DNA of 64,000 nt from Candidatus Woesearchaeota archaeon (GTDB lineage: Archaea > Nanobdellota > Nanobdellia > SCGC-AAA011-G17 > GW2011-AR20), in assembly GCA_018303025.1 (NCBI GenBank), contig JAGVYZ010000014.1, positions 21,145-85,144 of the forward strand, given 5' to 3'. The translations under genes were made by a program, and so were the position numbers. Of the stretch, positions 40,075-49,211 are shown piece after piece; the stretch's first letter is position 1; each line of letters opens with the position of its first letter. Under the pieces are notes generated by a model, which was not told the origin of the DNA, made no database searches, and saw only the letters and a program-made list of their open reading frames with translations.

Positions 40075-40905
40075 TTATAGTTTTAGAATATTATTTAAAT
40101 CTTTCTTCAGATCAGAAGAGATTTTACAAGGATTATTTTTTAAAATGCTTATCCTATCAATATCTAAACCATCTACATCAAAGGGCAAGATTATCTTAAA
40201 GAATTTCAACAAAAACATAGGAATGTGTACTTTAATGCACCAAGAATTGCTTTTTTCAGCCAAATAATTGCTTATTTCATTTAATGAAATTGTTGTTTTA
40301 CCAGATAAATCAAATGTTGATTTTGCTTTGAAATGTTCAACAAGAAAAACAACTGTTTTAGCAATATCCTGTTTATTAACTGGTTGAATATTTGTATTTC
40401 CCCTGCCATATATTGGGCAAATATGCATATTTTTTATTATTATGCTTAATTTGTAAAAGTCATTTTCCTTATCAATACCATATACATAGTTAGGTCTTAA
40501 AATAATGTAATTTAAATTACTATTAACCAAAAGTTTTTCACATAATTTTTTTGAGTTACCATAAGGCCCTGTTTTTTTAAGATAAACATTCTGAGTTGAA
40601 AAATAAATTATATTTGTTATTTTATTTAATTTCATGGATTCTAAGGTATTACTTAGACCTATAATATTTTGATTATATTTTGATTTTTTTATTGTTCTTA
40701 TTACTGCAGCTAGATAGATAATTAAATCAAAGCCTTTGATTTTTTTTATTAACTCTTCTTTGTTTAAAATATTGCAAGAAATAACATCTTTTTTAACTGA
40801 TCTTGATAATATTGTTACATTATAGTTTTTACTAATTAATTCTTTAACAATTTCCTTTCCGATATAACCGGAACCACCTATAACCAAAATTCTCTTATTT
40901 GCCAT
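40075..40905 (-). CDS. NAD(P)-dependent epimerase/dehydratase (SDR)
   Basis: N-terminal ILVIGGSGYIGKEIV Rossmann motif and YGNSK catalytic dyad. Confidence 0.65.
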   Translation of the reverse strand: MANKRILVIGGSGYIGKEIVKELISKNYNVTILSRSVKKDVISCNILNKEELIKKIKGFDLIIYLAAVIRTIKKSKYNQNIIGLSNTLESMKLNKITNIIYFSTQNVYLKKTGPYGNSKKLCEKLLVNSNLNYIILRPNYVYGIDKENDFYKLSIIIKNMHICPIYGRGNTNIQPVNKQDIAKTVVFLVEHFKAKSTFDLSGKTTISLNEISNYLAEKSNSWCIKVHIPMFLLKFFKIILPFDVDGLDIDRISILKNNPCKISSDLKKDLNNILKL

Positions 40906-42215
40906 TTTAAAAATTTGAATAAGTATGAGATTCTAAAATAATAATTTCTATATGCTTTATCCAGTAATTTTTGCACTTGTTTTGGAGAGAAATTGTTATG
41001 TCTGTAAACTAAATTAAACTGTGTATATTTCTCAAAATCATAAGTTAATATTCTGTTTTCTTTTTCCAATTGATTAAAAAAACCAGTTCCAGGATATGGT
41101 GTTGAAACTGAAAATCTAGCTATTAAGGTGTTTAATTTTTTTGCATAATTTATAGTATTTTTTACTGTTTCCTCAGTATCGCCTTCATATCCTAAAATAT
41201 AAAATGCTGAAATTTTTACACCAATTTTTTCACAAAATTTTATGATATTCTCCTGATGATTTTTTTGTATTAAAAGTCGTTTATTTTTTTTTGCTATATT
41301 AATATCGTTGGTTTCAATGCCTACATTGATATTTCTTAAGCCAACTTCAAACATTTTTTTAATTTTTTCTTCGTTTAGCAAGTCTAATCTTGTTTCCATG
41401 CCCCATTTAATGTTTACATATGTTTCTTTTAATTCTTTACAAAAATCTTCAATAAAATTAGGAATTAATCCAAATGTTGGATCTCTAAATTGGATTCCTT
41501 TTATATTATACTTTTTTTGCAAATAAACTATGTCCTTTACAATCTTTTTAACAGATCTTAATCTTACTTTAGAACCTTGATATTCGCCATAAGTACAATA
41601 AAATCTACAACTATAAGGGCAGCCTCGACTTGCTTGTAAAACTAAGAATGGTTTTTGTTTTATTGCTGGAAAATAACTATAACTGTTTATTGGAAAATTA
41701 TCAAAAGAAGGTAAAGGAAGATCATCTAAATCTATTTTTTCAGAAACAGTTATATGACCCTGCAATTGATTTTCACTTTTAAATTTGTATATAAAAAAAT
41801 ACTCTGATTCCCCACAAATGTTGAAATCTCCTGATTTGAACAAATCAGGCTTTATTTTTACAAATGGGCCAAAAAATCCAATTTTTGATTTAGGAAATGT
41901 TTTTTTTAAGACCTGACAGACTTTATTTTCGTTTTTGTAATCAACAATAGTACCATAGATTAAAATCAAATCAAAATATGTTTCAGGCAATTTACCTTCA
42001 AAATAACTTACTTCATAGCCTTTTTCTTTAAAAATCTCCTGTAAATAAGCTATTTCTATAACTGGTAATTTAATTGAATTTTTTTTGATAAATCTTAAAA
42101 TTTTGGATGTAAATGAATAACCATAATCATCTGCAGTCCCAAAACCACCATTTAGGTCTTTATTCATTGCAAAATTTTTACTTTTATTCATTACATTAAT
42201 CAATGCTATTTTCAT
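40878..42215 (-). CDS. Cobalamin-binding (class B) radical SAM enzyme
   Basis: Radical SAM cysteine motif SRGCPYSCRFYC. The N-terminal half is consistent with a B12-binding domain. Confidence 0.75.
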   Translation of the reverse strand: MKIALINVMNKSKNFAMNKDLNGGFGTADDYGYSFTSKILRFIKKNSIKLPVIEIAYLQEIFKEKGYEVSYFEGKLPETYFDLILIYGTIVDYKNENKVCQVLKKTFPKSKIGFFGPFVKIKPDLFKSGDFNICGESEYFFIYKFKSENQLQGHITVSEKIDLDDLPLPSFDNFPINSYSYFPAIKQKPFLVLQASRGCPYSCRFYCTYGEYQGSKVRLRSVKKIVKDIVYLQKKYNIKGIQFRDPTFGLIPNFIEDFCKELKETYVNIKWGMETRLDLLNEEKIKKMFEVGLRNINVGIETNDINIAKKNKRLLIQKNHQENIIKFCEKIGVKISAFYILGYEGDTEETVKNTINYAKKLNTLIARFSVSTPYPGTGFFNQLEKENRILTYDFEKYTQFNLVYRHNNFSPKQVQKLLDKAYRNYYFRISYLFKFLKWQIREFWL

Positions 42216-42243
42216 TTTTTTATCCTTTTATTAATTAAATAGT

Positions 42244-44022
42244 CTAATTTAGCCTCTTTAAAAGAATTATGCTATAAATAATAAATAAAAATTCTAAAAT
42301 TAATGAAAATAATAGAATAAGTTTAGCAAGACTATATAAAAAAGTATCAAAATCACTTTTTAATGCAAATTTATCAAATCTTTCATAGTATGGATTTTCA
42401 TAACCTATGGGATATAGCCAATAAGCTTTGTTTGCTGTAATATAATTAAAAATACTTTTGGGTAAAACCAAGTTACCTTCATAAAGTTTAAAATATTCTT
42501 CTTTGTTGCCATAATAGTATCTTGAAGAATTTATTGTTTCTTTTAACTTGAAATCTGAGCTAATATCTGAGAAAAAACTTTGCATAGAAAGGTTTAATTG
42601 CTGATTATCTTTGATAGTACCCCAGCCACAATCAGTAGCAGCGCATTCTACAAAATAAATTTTTATTTTGATTACATCTTGTTCTGTCAGATTTTGCTGT
42701 TTATTAACAAGTTCCATGAAATCCAAGACAGATATGTAATTTTGATTATAAAAAATCCAATGCATTTGTCCAGTATATAATCTTGGATCAACTATTATAA
42801 CTGAATCTTTTTCAAATTGATTAGTATCTTCCATTATTTGATTTATTGGTGCTTTTGAAAGATAAAATGGATGTTGAATCAAAAGAAGAGCATGTAAAAC
42901 AATAATTAATATAATTAAACTGAAAATTATCTTTTTTTCTATTTGATTAAATTTAATAATTATTTTTTCAATCAAATAAGAAGCTGGAATAATCATAATT
43001 GTATTAAAAAACAAGAAATGTTTTGGTAGGAAAATAACAGAAGCGATATAGATCAAAGGAATAAATAAAAGAACAATTGGGTAAAATATTGTTTTTTTAT
43101 TATCTATATATAAAAAGATCATACCAATTAAGCCTAAAATAAAAATAAGAGGAGATATTTTTAATATTGCAATAACAGCATTAAAAAATGATTCTTGTCC
43201 AAAAAAAGAGCCTATTAATGAAAATTGCTTATCAAACTGAGTTGTCCATTCATAATAAGGTTTAGAAATATCACTTCCAATGCCAAAAACTCTTGTGAAT
43301 TGCAGGTCAACTATGCCTTTATCCTGGTATAATAAATAATTGTGAACAATCATAGGAAATAAAAAAACAAGCAGTGTTAAACCGAGAATAAAGAATAATT
43401 TTGTATTTTTCTTAGAAAATACTTCTTTTTCATAAATCCAATAATAGCTTAAAAGAATTATTGCATAAGGAATAATAAATAAAACAGTATAGATTTTTGA
43501 CATCATTGACATTCCAAGTAATGCAAAACTTAATATTAAATAATAAGATTTTTTTTCATGAAAAAACTCTATTAAAAAATAAAGACTAAATAATAAAAAA
43601 AATGTAATAAAAGCATCCATTTCAGCTACTGTTTCAGTTATGTGGAAAGGATCTGTTGCTAAAAGCAATGCTGCAAAAAGGGCTGCTTTATTTGAATTAA
43701 AAAGACGTTTAACAATAAGGAAAATTATGATTATTGAAAAAGAACCAAACAATAAAGCAGGCATTCTTGAACCTAACTGCCCAACACCAAATATTTTATA
43801 AAAAAAGTCAGTAGTATAATACCATAATCCTGTTGACTGGTGAAAAACTTCTAATAAACCAGAGGAAATAAAATTTATTGCTGGTAAGACCATAAGAAGA
43901 TTATCAGGAAGAACATCCAGATTAACTGCATTTATTATTCTTAATGTTAAACCAATAATAAATATTATAGTTAAGAGTACTAAATTCTTTCTTTTAGACA
44001 ATAATTCTTTTAATTTTTCCAT
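42244..44022 (-). CDS. GT-C fold membrane glycosyltransferase (ArnT/PMT-like)
   Basis: 592 aa. A 12-13 TM N-terminal region (ArnT-like) plus a C-terminal soluble domain. Confidence 0.55.
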   Translation of the reverse strand: MEKLKELLSKRKNLVLLTIIFIIGLTLRIINAVNLDVLPDNLLMVLPAINFISSGLLEVFHQSTGLWYYTTDFFYKIFGVGQLGSRMPALLFGSFSIIIIFLIVKRLFNSNKAALFAALLLATDPFHITETVAEMDAFITFFLLFSLYFLIEFFHEKKSYYLILSFALLGMSMMSKIYTVLFIIPYAIILLSYYWIYEKEVFSKKNTKLFFILGLTLLVFLFPMIVHNYLLYQDKGIVDLQFTRVFGIGSDISKPYYEWTTQFDKQFSLIGSFFGQESFFNAVIAILKISPLIFILGLIGMIFLYIDNKKTIFYPIVLLFIPLIYIASVIFLPKHFLFFNTIMIIPASYLIEKIIIKFNQIEKKIIFSLIILIIVLHALLLIQHPFYLSKAPINQIMEDTNQFEKDSVIIVDPRLYTGQMHWIFYNQNYISVLDFMELVNKQQNLTEQDVIKIKIYFVECAATDCGWGTIKDNQQLNLSMQSFFSDISSDFKLKETINSSRYYYGNKEEYFKLYEGNLVLPKSIFNYITANKAYWLYPIGYENPYYERFDKFALKSDFDTFLYSLAKLILLFSLILEFLFIIYSIILLKRLN

Positions 44023-44023
44023 T

Positions 44024-44764
44024 TTACTTTTTCATTATAAACTTAAGTGGTGAATATAAGATTCTCAATTTTATTAAAGCTATAAACATTTGCATTGGAG
44101 CTTTTGCTATATTTAAATGAGTTCTTGAATCATCTGCCCATTTTATAGGAATTTCTTTAATTTTAGCATTAATTCGCTTCATTTGGTATAACAACTCTAT
44201 ATCAAAGGACCATTTGGTATACTCTAAATTTGGCAAAATTGATTTTATTGCTTCTTTTTTGAATAATTTACAGCCACATTGAGTATCATGATAATGAAGA
44301 CCCATAATTATTCTAACCAGTAAATTAAATATTCTACTTAAAATTCTCCTTGCTAATGGCTGCTCTAATTCAATCTCAGCGCCTTTAATCCAACGTGAAC
44401 CTATTACGCCATCATTATTATTGATATTATTAAGTAACCTAAAAAAAGATTCTGGAGGAGCACTATTATCTGCATCTACAAATCCAATTAAATTGCCTTC
44501 TGCTAGTTTAAAACCTTCTATTAATGCTCCTGCTTTTCCTATTTTTTTCTTGAATTCTTTAAAGACTAAATTTTCATGTTTCTTTCCTAATTTTTTTAGA
44601 ATATTGACTGTAGAATCAGAGCAATTATTTGGAATTACTATAATTTCATATTCTTTTATAGAGAACTTTTTATTAAAAAAAGAGAAATAAGAATTTAATG
44701 TTTTTTCTATTCTTTCTTCTTCATTGTATGCTGGAATTATTATTGAGAGTTTCATTTTTTTCAA
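44024..44764 (-). CDS. GT2 polyprenyl-phosphate sugar synthase (DPM1/AglD/AglJ-like)
   Basis: Starts MKLSIIIPAYNEEERIEKTL and has the DxD GFVDADNS. Separated by 1 nt from the upstream gene. Confidence 0.7.
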   Translation of the reverse strand: MKKMKLSIIIPAYNEEERIEKTLNSYFSFFNKKFSIKEYEIIVIPNNCSDSTVNILKKLGKKHENLVFKEFKKKIGKAGALIEGFKLAEGNLIGFVDADNSAPPESFFRLLNNINNNDGVIGSRWIKGAEIELEQPLARRILSRIFNLLVRIIMGLHYHDTQCGCKLFKKEAIKSILPNLEYTKWSFDIELLYQMKRINAKIKEIPIKWADDSRTHLNIAKAPMQMFIALIKLRILYSPLKFIMKK

Positions 44765-46001
44765 AAATTGCCATTAGCAATAAAATTACAAAAACAATAA
44801 ATGTTATAATGCTTATTGTTAGGACTATTTGCAATAGGGAAGTATGAATAAAATAAATTAAAACTGATTCTATGAATAAAGCTGAGAATAAAACATAAAT
44901 AAAACCATGATTGTTAACTGATAAATGATATAGTGAAGTTAAGTAAATCAATGAAATTAATGCCATAAATAATCCAAAAGGAGCAATTAAATTAGAAGCC
45001 GGTAAGAATAGATTTCCAAACAGAACTTTTATGATTAATTTTGGAAGTAAGAAGTAAATAATTAAAGCAAAAAATAATATAGAACTAATTAAGGCTAAAG
45101 ATTTGTAGAATAATTGCTTTGGAACCTGATTTCTTGATTTTAATTCAACTAATTTTGGAAACATCACCTGGCTTATGGATAATGAACCAAAGAAAAGTAT
45201 TTTTCCTATTAATGAGACTGATGAATAATAACCTGCTTCCAGGTCTGAAAAGAAATGTTTTACTAATAAAGTATCGATTGAATATATTAAAGTTATTAAT
45301 AATAAAGTTATAAATACTGGAAGTGTTCCCTTGTAAATTTCCCGACTGTTTACTTTTTCTTTCTCTTTTTTGAAAAATGATCTTGATTGAAATAAACCAA
45401 AAGCATAAGGGATAATAAAAGAAAGAACAATTGCCAAAACAGCTCCACTAACCTGCCAACCAATTGCAACAAATAAAACACCTAATGAAAATTTTGAAAT
45501 TCCTTCTAAAATCAAGTTCATGCTTAAACCTTTAAACTTCTGCAATCCCTGCAGAAATGCTCTTATTATTGGCAATGTTAATGAAAAAGGAATAAGCAAT
45601 GCTAGTACAAAAACAGGTTTTGTACTAATTTTTAAGAAAGATGCTATTAATGGAGAGAGAGCAAGAAAGATTAATGTTATTAAAATTCCATAAATAAACA
45701 ATTTTTTGTTTGATTTTACAAGAAGATAATTTATTTTTTTAGGCTGATTTGTTGCATTCAAATGAGAGAAAAATTTTGTCAATGAAGTTTGAATTGTATT
45801 AAGAATTATTGAAATAACGTATAATAAAGACAAGATTGCGCCTAAAATACCATATGCTTCTGGACCTAATGTTCTACCTACATAAAAATGATACAAAAAT
45901 CCTAGAATATTAACTATTGCTGTTCCAATCAACAAAATAAAGTTGTCTTTTATGAACTTGCTTGAAAGTACCTTATTTTTTAATTTTTTTAAATTAGCCA
46001 T
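44721..46001 (-). CDS. MOP-superfamily oligosaccharide flippase (Wzx/AglR-like)
   Basis: 426 aa with about 12 TM helices. This is the second such transporter in the island. Confidence 0.65.
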   Translation of the reverse strand: MANLKKLKNKVLSSKFIKDNFILLIGTAIVNILGFLYHFYVGRTLGPEAYGILGAILSLLYVISIILNTIQTSLTKFFSHLNATNQPKKINYLLVKSNKKLFIYGILITLIFLALSPLIASFLKISTKPVFVLALLIPFSLTLPIIRAFLQGLQKFKGLSMNLILEGISKFSLGVLFVAIGWQVSGAVLAIVLSFIIPYAFGLFQSRSFFKKEKEKVNSREIYKGTLPVFITLLLITLIYSIDTLLVKHFFSDLEAGYYSSVSLIGKILFFGSLSISQVMFPKLVELKSRNQVPKQLFYKSLALISSILFFALIIYFLLPKLIIKVLFGNLFLPASNLIAPFGLFMALISLIYLTSLYHLSVNNHGFIYVLFSALFIESVLIYFIHTSLLQIVLTISIITFIVFVILLLMAIFEKNETLNNNSSIQ

Positions 46002-46981
46002 ATTAATAATGCGAAGAATATTTGTATTAAATAGGTGAAGTAGACGACTTGTCTCTCTGTAAATTTACCTGTTCTTGTAAAAAAATGAGTGATAGAATAA
46101 ATTTTATTTTCATGATAAGAACAAATTTTTCCATTTTTTTCATAACCATAGCTTTTTGCTCTGAATTTACTTCTTGCTTTTAATATAAATTCAATAAAGA
46201 AAGGTATTGAGATTATTATTGCTGCTTTTTCAATATTACCAAGAATAGCTATTATTGCTATTGAACCACCAATCAGGTAAGTTAAAGAATCTCCTGGAAA
46301 TATTTTTGCTGGATATTTATTATAAATATAAAATGCCAATAATGAAGAGAAAACAACTAATGCAAATAATGAACCCATTGTATTTGAATAAAAATAGGAG
46401 TATAATCCTAATGTTCCTGTGATTATTATTCCCAAACCAGTTTCTAAGCCATTTAAACCAGCTAACATATTAACCATGTTAGCTGCACCAACTATGCCTA
46501 TAGGAATTAGTAAAAGAGGATATAATAATCCAAAGTTTATTTCTCCAAAAAAAGGAAGAGCCATTATTGTGTCTCCTGCATTTATTACCATTAGAGGCAA
46601 AGCAGCTGCTAATGTCAATAAAGGTTTTTGCCACTGCTTTAAACCAGCTGTTTGTTCTTTTGATTTTTGAACCAATAAATCATCTATGAAACCAACTAAA
46701 GTTATCATAATCAAAGATGACATGCCTGCAAATAAATAAAGCAAATAGGATGTATCATTGTAAACAAAAGTTCTTATGAAGATATATAGATTTAAACCTA
46801 CAAAAACACCTGCCAGAACTGTTAAACCTCCTGATTGAGAAATAAGAGGTTTATCTTTTTTATTCTGGTCTTTTACAACTAAGTCTATTCTTCTTAAATA
46901 TCGAATAGTCCAGGGAGTTAGATATAGAACTACTAAAAAGCTTAGAATTGCACAGATTACAGGAATAAGGTATTGAACCAT
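45989..46981 (-). CDS. aglH: Polyprenyl-phosphate N-acetylhexosamine-1-phosphate transferase (MraY/WecA/AglH family), the initiating glycosyltransferase
   Basis: About 10 TM helices. Has the conserved cytoplasmic loop motif GAANMVNMLAGLNGLE, analogous to the NxxNxxDGxDGL of WecA/MraY. Confidence 0.7.
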   Translation of the reverse strand: MVQYLIPVICAILSFLVVLYLTPWTIRYLRRIDLVVKDQNKKDKPLISQSGGLTVLAGVFVGLNLYIFIRTFVYNDTSYLLYLFAGMSSLIMITLVGFIDDLLVQKSKEQTAGLKQWQKPLLTLAAALPLMVINAGDTIMALPFFGEINFGLLYPLLLIPIGIVGAANMVNMLAGLNGLETGLGIIITGTLGLYSYFYSNTMGSLFALVVFSSLLAFYIYNKYPAKIFPGDSLTYLIGGSIAIIAILGNIEKAAIIISIPFFIEFILKARSKFRAKSYGYEKNGKICSYHENKIYSITHFFTRTGKFTERQVVYFTYLIQIFFALLIWLI

Positions 46982-47000
46982 GTTTTAAAAATAAGAGATA

Positions 47001-47010
47001 TTTATAAAAA
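47001..47010 (+). promoter_or_regulatory. TATA-box-like element (TTTATAAAAA) about 22-31 nt upstream of the 47032 start codon, consistent with a leaderless archaeal transcript
   Basis: Read directly. The genome is AT-rich, so specificity is low. Confidence 0.3.
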
Positions 47011-47031
47011 GGTTTCTGAATAAGGAAATTT

Positions 47032-47268
47032 ATGAGAATTTTAAAGGCTTTAAAAAAATTGCACAAAGTTGTAACTGGGACAATAATTAATATAGTTAAT
47101 TTTATTTTATTACTTCCTGTTTATTTTATAGGGGTGGGAATAACTTCCATTATTGCTAAATTGTTTAAGAAAGGATTTTTGAATTTAAAAAAAGAAAACA
47201 AGAAAAGTTATTGGACAAATAATGAAGTAAAGAAAGGAGAGATAGAAGATTATTATAGGCAGTTTTAG
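47032..47268 (+). CDS. Small membrane protein, unknown function
   Basis: 78-aa ORF with one TM helix, directly upstream of the carbamoyltransferase. Confidence 0.35.
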   Translation: MRILKALKKLHKVVTGTIINIVNFILLLPVYFIGVGITSIIAKLFKKGFLNLKKENKKSYWTNNEVKKGEIEDYYRQF

Positions 47269-47276
47269 GAGAAAAA

Positions 47277-49007
47277 ATGTATATACTAGGGGTAAGTTGC
47301 TTTTACCATGATTCAAGTGCTGTATTATTAAAAGATGGAAAAATAATAGCTGGTGCTGAAGAAGAAAGATTTACTAGAAAGAAGCATGATGCTGGTTTTC
47401 CCATAAATGCAATAAAATACTGCTTGAAAGAAGCTGGAATTACTGTAAAAGAACTTGATTATGTTGGATTTTATGAAAAGCCATTTTTGAAATTTGAAAG
47501 ATTATTGAGCCAGCATCTGGAAATGTTTCCTTTCTCATACTGGTCTTTTTACAAATCAATTCCATCATGGATAAATGAAAAATTGAGAATACCTCATTTA
47601 ATGAAGAAGAAATTAGGATATAAAGGAGATATATTATTTATTCCTCATCATCTTGCTCATGCTGCTAGCTCTTATTTGGTATCTAATTTTAATGAAGCAA
47701 CTATAATGACAATTGATGGTGTAGGTGAGTGGGCAACTACTACTTATGGATATGGAAAAGGAAATGAGATTAAATTAGAAAAAGAAATTATTTTTCCTGA
47801 TTCTGTTGGTTTATTGTATAGTACTGTAACTGCATGGATTGGGATGAGTGTTAATAATTCAGAATATAAAGTAATGGGATTAGCACCATATGGAAAACCA
47901 ACTTATTATGATAAATTAAAGAAAGTTATTGATATAAAAGAGGATGGAAGTTATAAGATGGACATGAGTTATTTTGATTATCATTACAAATTAAAAATGC
48001 CTAGCAAGAAGTTCATTGAAGAATTTGGGTCTATTAGAACTCAAAAAGAAGAAGTAAATCAAAAGCACAAAGACATGGCTGCTTCTGTTCAGAAAATAAC
48101 AGAAGAGATTTATTTTAAAATTTTAAATAATGCTTATAAAAAATACAAATGCAAGAATTTATGCGTAGCTGGTGGTGTTGGTCTTAATAGTGTTGCAAAT
48201 GGAAAGATAACAAAAAATACACCTTTCAAAAATATTTACATTCAGCCTGCTTCAAGCGACTCAGGAACAAGCATTGGAGTAGCCTGCTACATTTATAATG
48301 TAATTTTAGGCAACAAAGAAAGATTTTACATGGATAATGCTTATTTAGGGCCTTCTTATTCTTATGAGGAAATAAAGAAATTTTTGGATGATAATGAAAT
48401 TAAGTATAAGATTTTGAAAGAAGAAGAAATTGCTAAAAAAACAGCTAAACTAATTAGAGATGAAAATGTTATTGGATGGTTCCAAGGAAGAATGGAGTGG
48501 GGACCCAGAGCTCTTGGAAACAGAAGCATATTATCTGATGCTACTAATCCTAAAATGAAAGATATTTTGAATTTGAAAGTAAAGCACAGGGAAAATTTTC
48601 GGCCCTTTGCTCCGGTTATTTCTAAAGAGGATGTTCATGAATGGTTTGACATTGATCAAGATGAAGAATTGTTCATGTTATTTGTTTATCCTGTAAAAAA
48701 AGATAAAAGAAAAATAATACCTTCTGTAACTCATGTTGATGGTTCTGGAAGATTGCAGACTATCTCTAAAGAGCAGAATGAAAGATATTATAGCGTTATA
48801 AAAGAATTTGAAAAGCTTTCTGGAGTACCAATACTTATTAATACTTCTTTTAATATTAGGGGAGAACCTATTGTATGCAATCCTTATAATGCTTATAAGT
48901 GCATGATGGGAACTGGAATTGATTATTTAGTTATGGACAGATTTTTGATTAAAAGAGAAGATAATTTGAAAGATGCCTGGGATAGTGAAAAAATAGCTAA
49001 AGATTAA
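47277..49007 (+). CDS. Carbamoyltransferase (NodU/CmcH/NovN family)
   Basis: Has the N-terminal YILGVSCFYHDSSAVLL...GAEEERFTRKKHDAGFP signature and a C-terminal carbamoyltransferase domain. 576 aa. Confidence 0.8.
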   Translation: MYILGVSCFYHDSSAVLLKDGKIIAGAEEERFTRKKHDAGFPINAIKYCLKEAGITVKELDYVGFYEKPFLKFERLLSQHLEMFPFSYWSFYKSIPSWINEKLRIPHLMKKKLGYKGDILFIPHHLAHAASSYLVSNFNEATIMTIDGVGEWATTTYGYGKGNEIKLEKEIIFPDSVGLLYSTVTAWIGMSVNNSEYKVMGLAPYGKPTYYDKLKKVIDIKEDGSYKMDMSYFDYHYKLKMPSKKFIEEFGSIRTQKEEVNQKHKDMAASVQKITEEIYFKILNNAYKKYKCKNLCVAGGVGLNSVANGKITKNTPFKNIYIQPASSDSGTSIGVACYIYNVILGNKERFYMDNAYLGPSYSYEEIKKFLDDNEIKYKILKEEEIAKKTAKLIRDENVIGWFQGRMEWGPRALGNRSILSDATNPKMKDILNLKVKHRENFRPFAPVISKEDVHEWFDIDQDEELFMLFVYPVKKDKRKIIPSVTHVDGSGRLQTISKEQNERYYSVIKEFEKLSGVPILINTSFNIRGEPIVCNPYNAYKCMMGTGIDYLVMDRFLIKREDNLKDAWDSEKIAKD

Positions 49008-49049
49008 ATTTATAAAAGAAGCTTTTCTTCTAGTAAAAGAAAAAATAAA

Positions 49050-49211
49050 ATGTCACACAATAAATCAATAATATTAGAATTTTGGGATTTTTTAAAAATA
49101 AGAAAAAAATGGTGGCTATTGCCAATAATTATAATGCTAATATTGGTAGGCGTATTAATAGTATTTGGGCAAAGTTCAGCTATTAGTCCATTTATTTATG
49201 CTTTAATTTAA
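49050..49211 (+). CDS. Small single-TM protein of the type commonly found next to NodU-family carbamoyltransferases (DUF5989-like)
   Basis: 53-aa ORF I translated by hand: MSHNKSIILEFWDFLKIRKKWWLLPIIIMLILVGVLIVFGQSSAISPFIYALI. It is below the ORF-track size cutoff. Confidence 0.4.
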   Translation: MSHNKSIILEFWDFLKIRKKWWLLPIIIMLILVGVLIVFGQSSAISPFIYALI

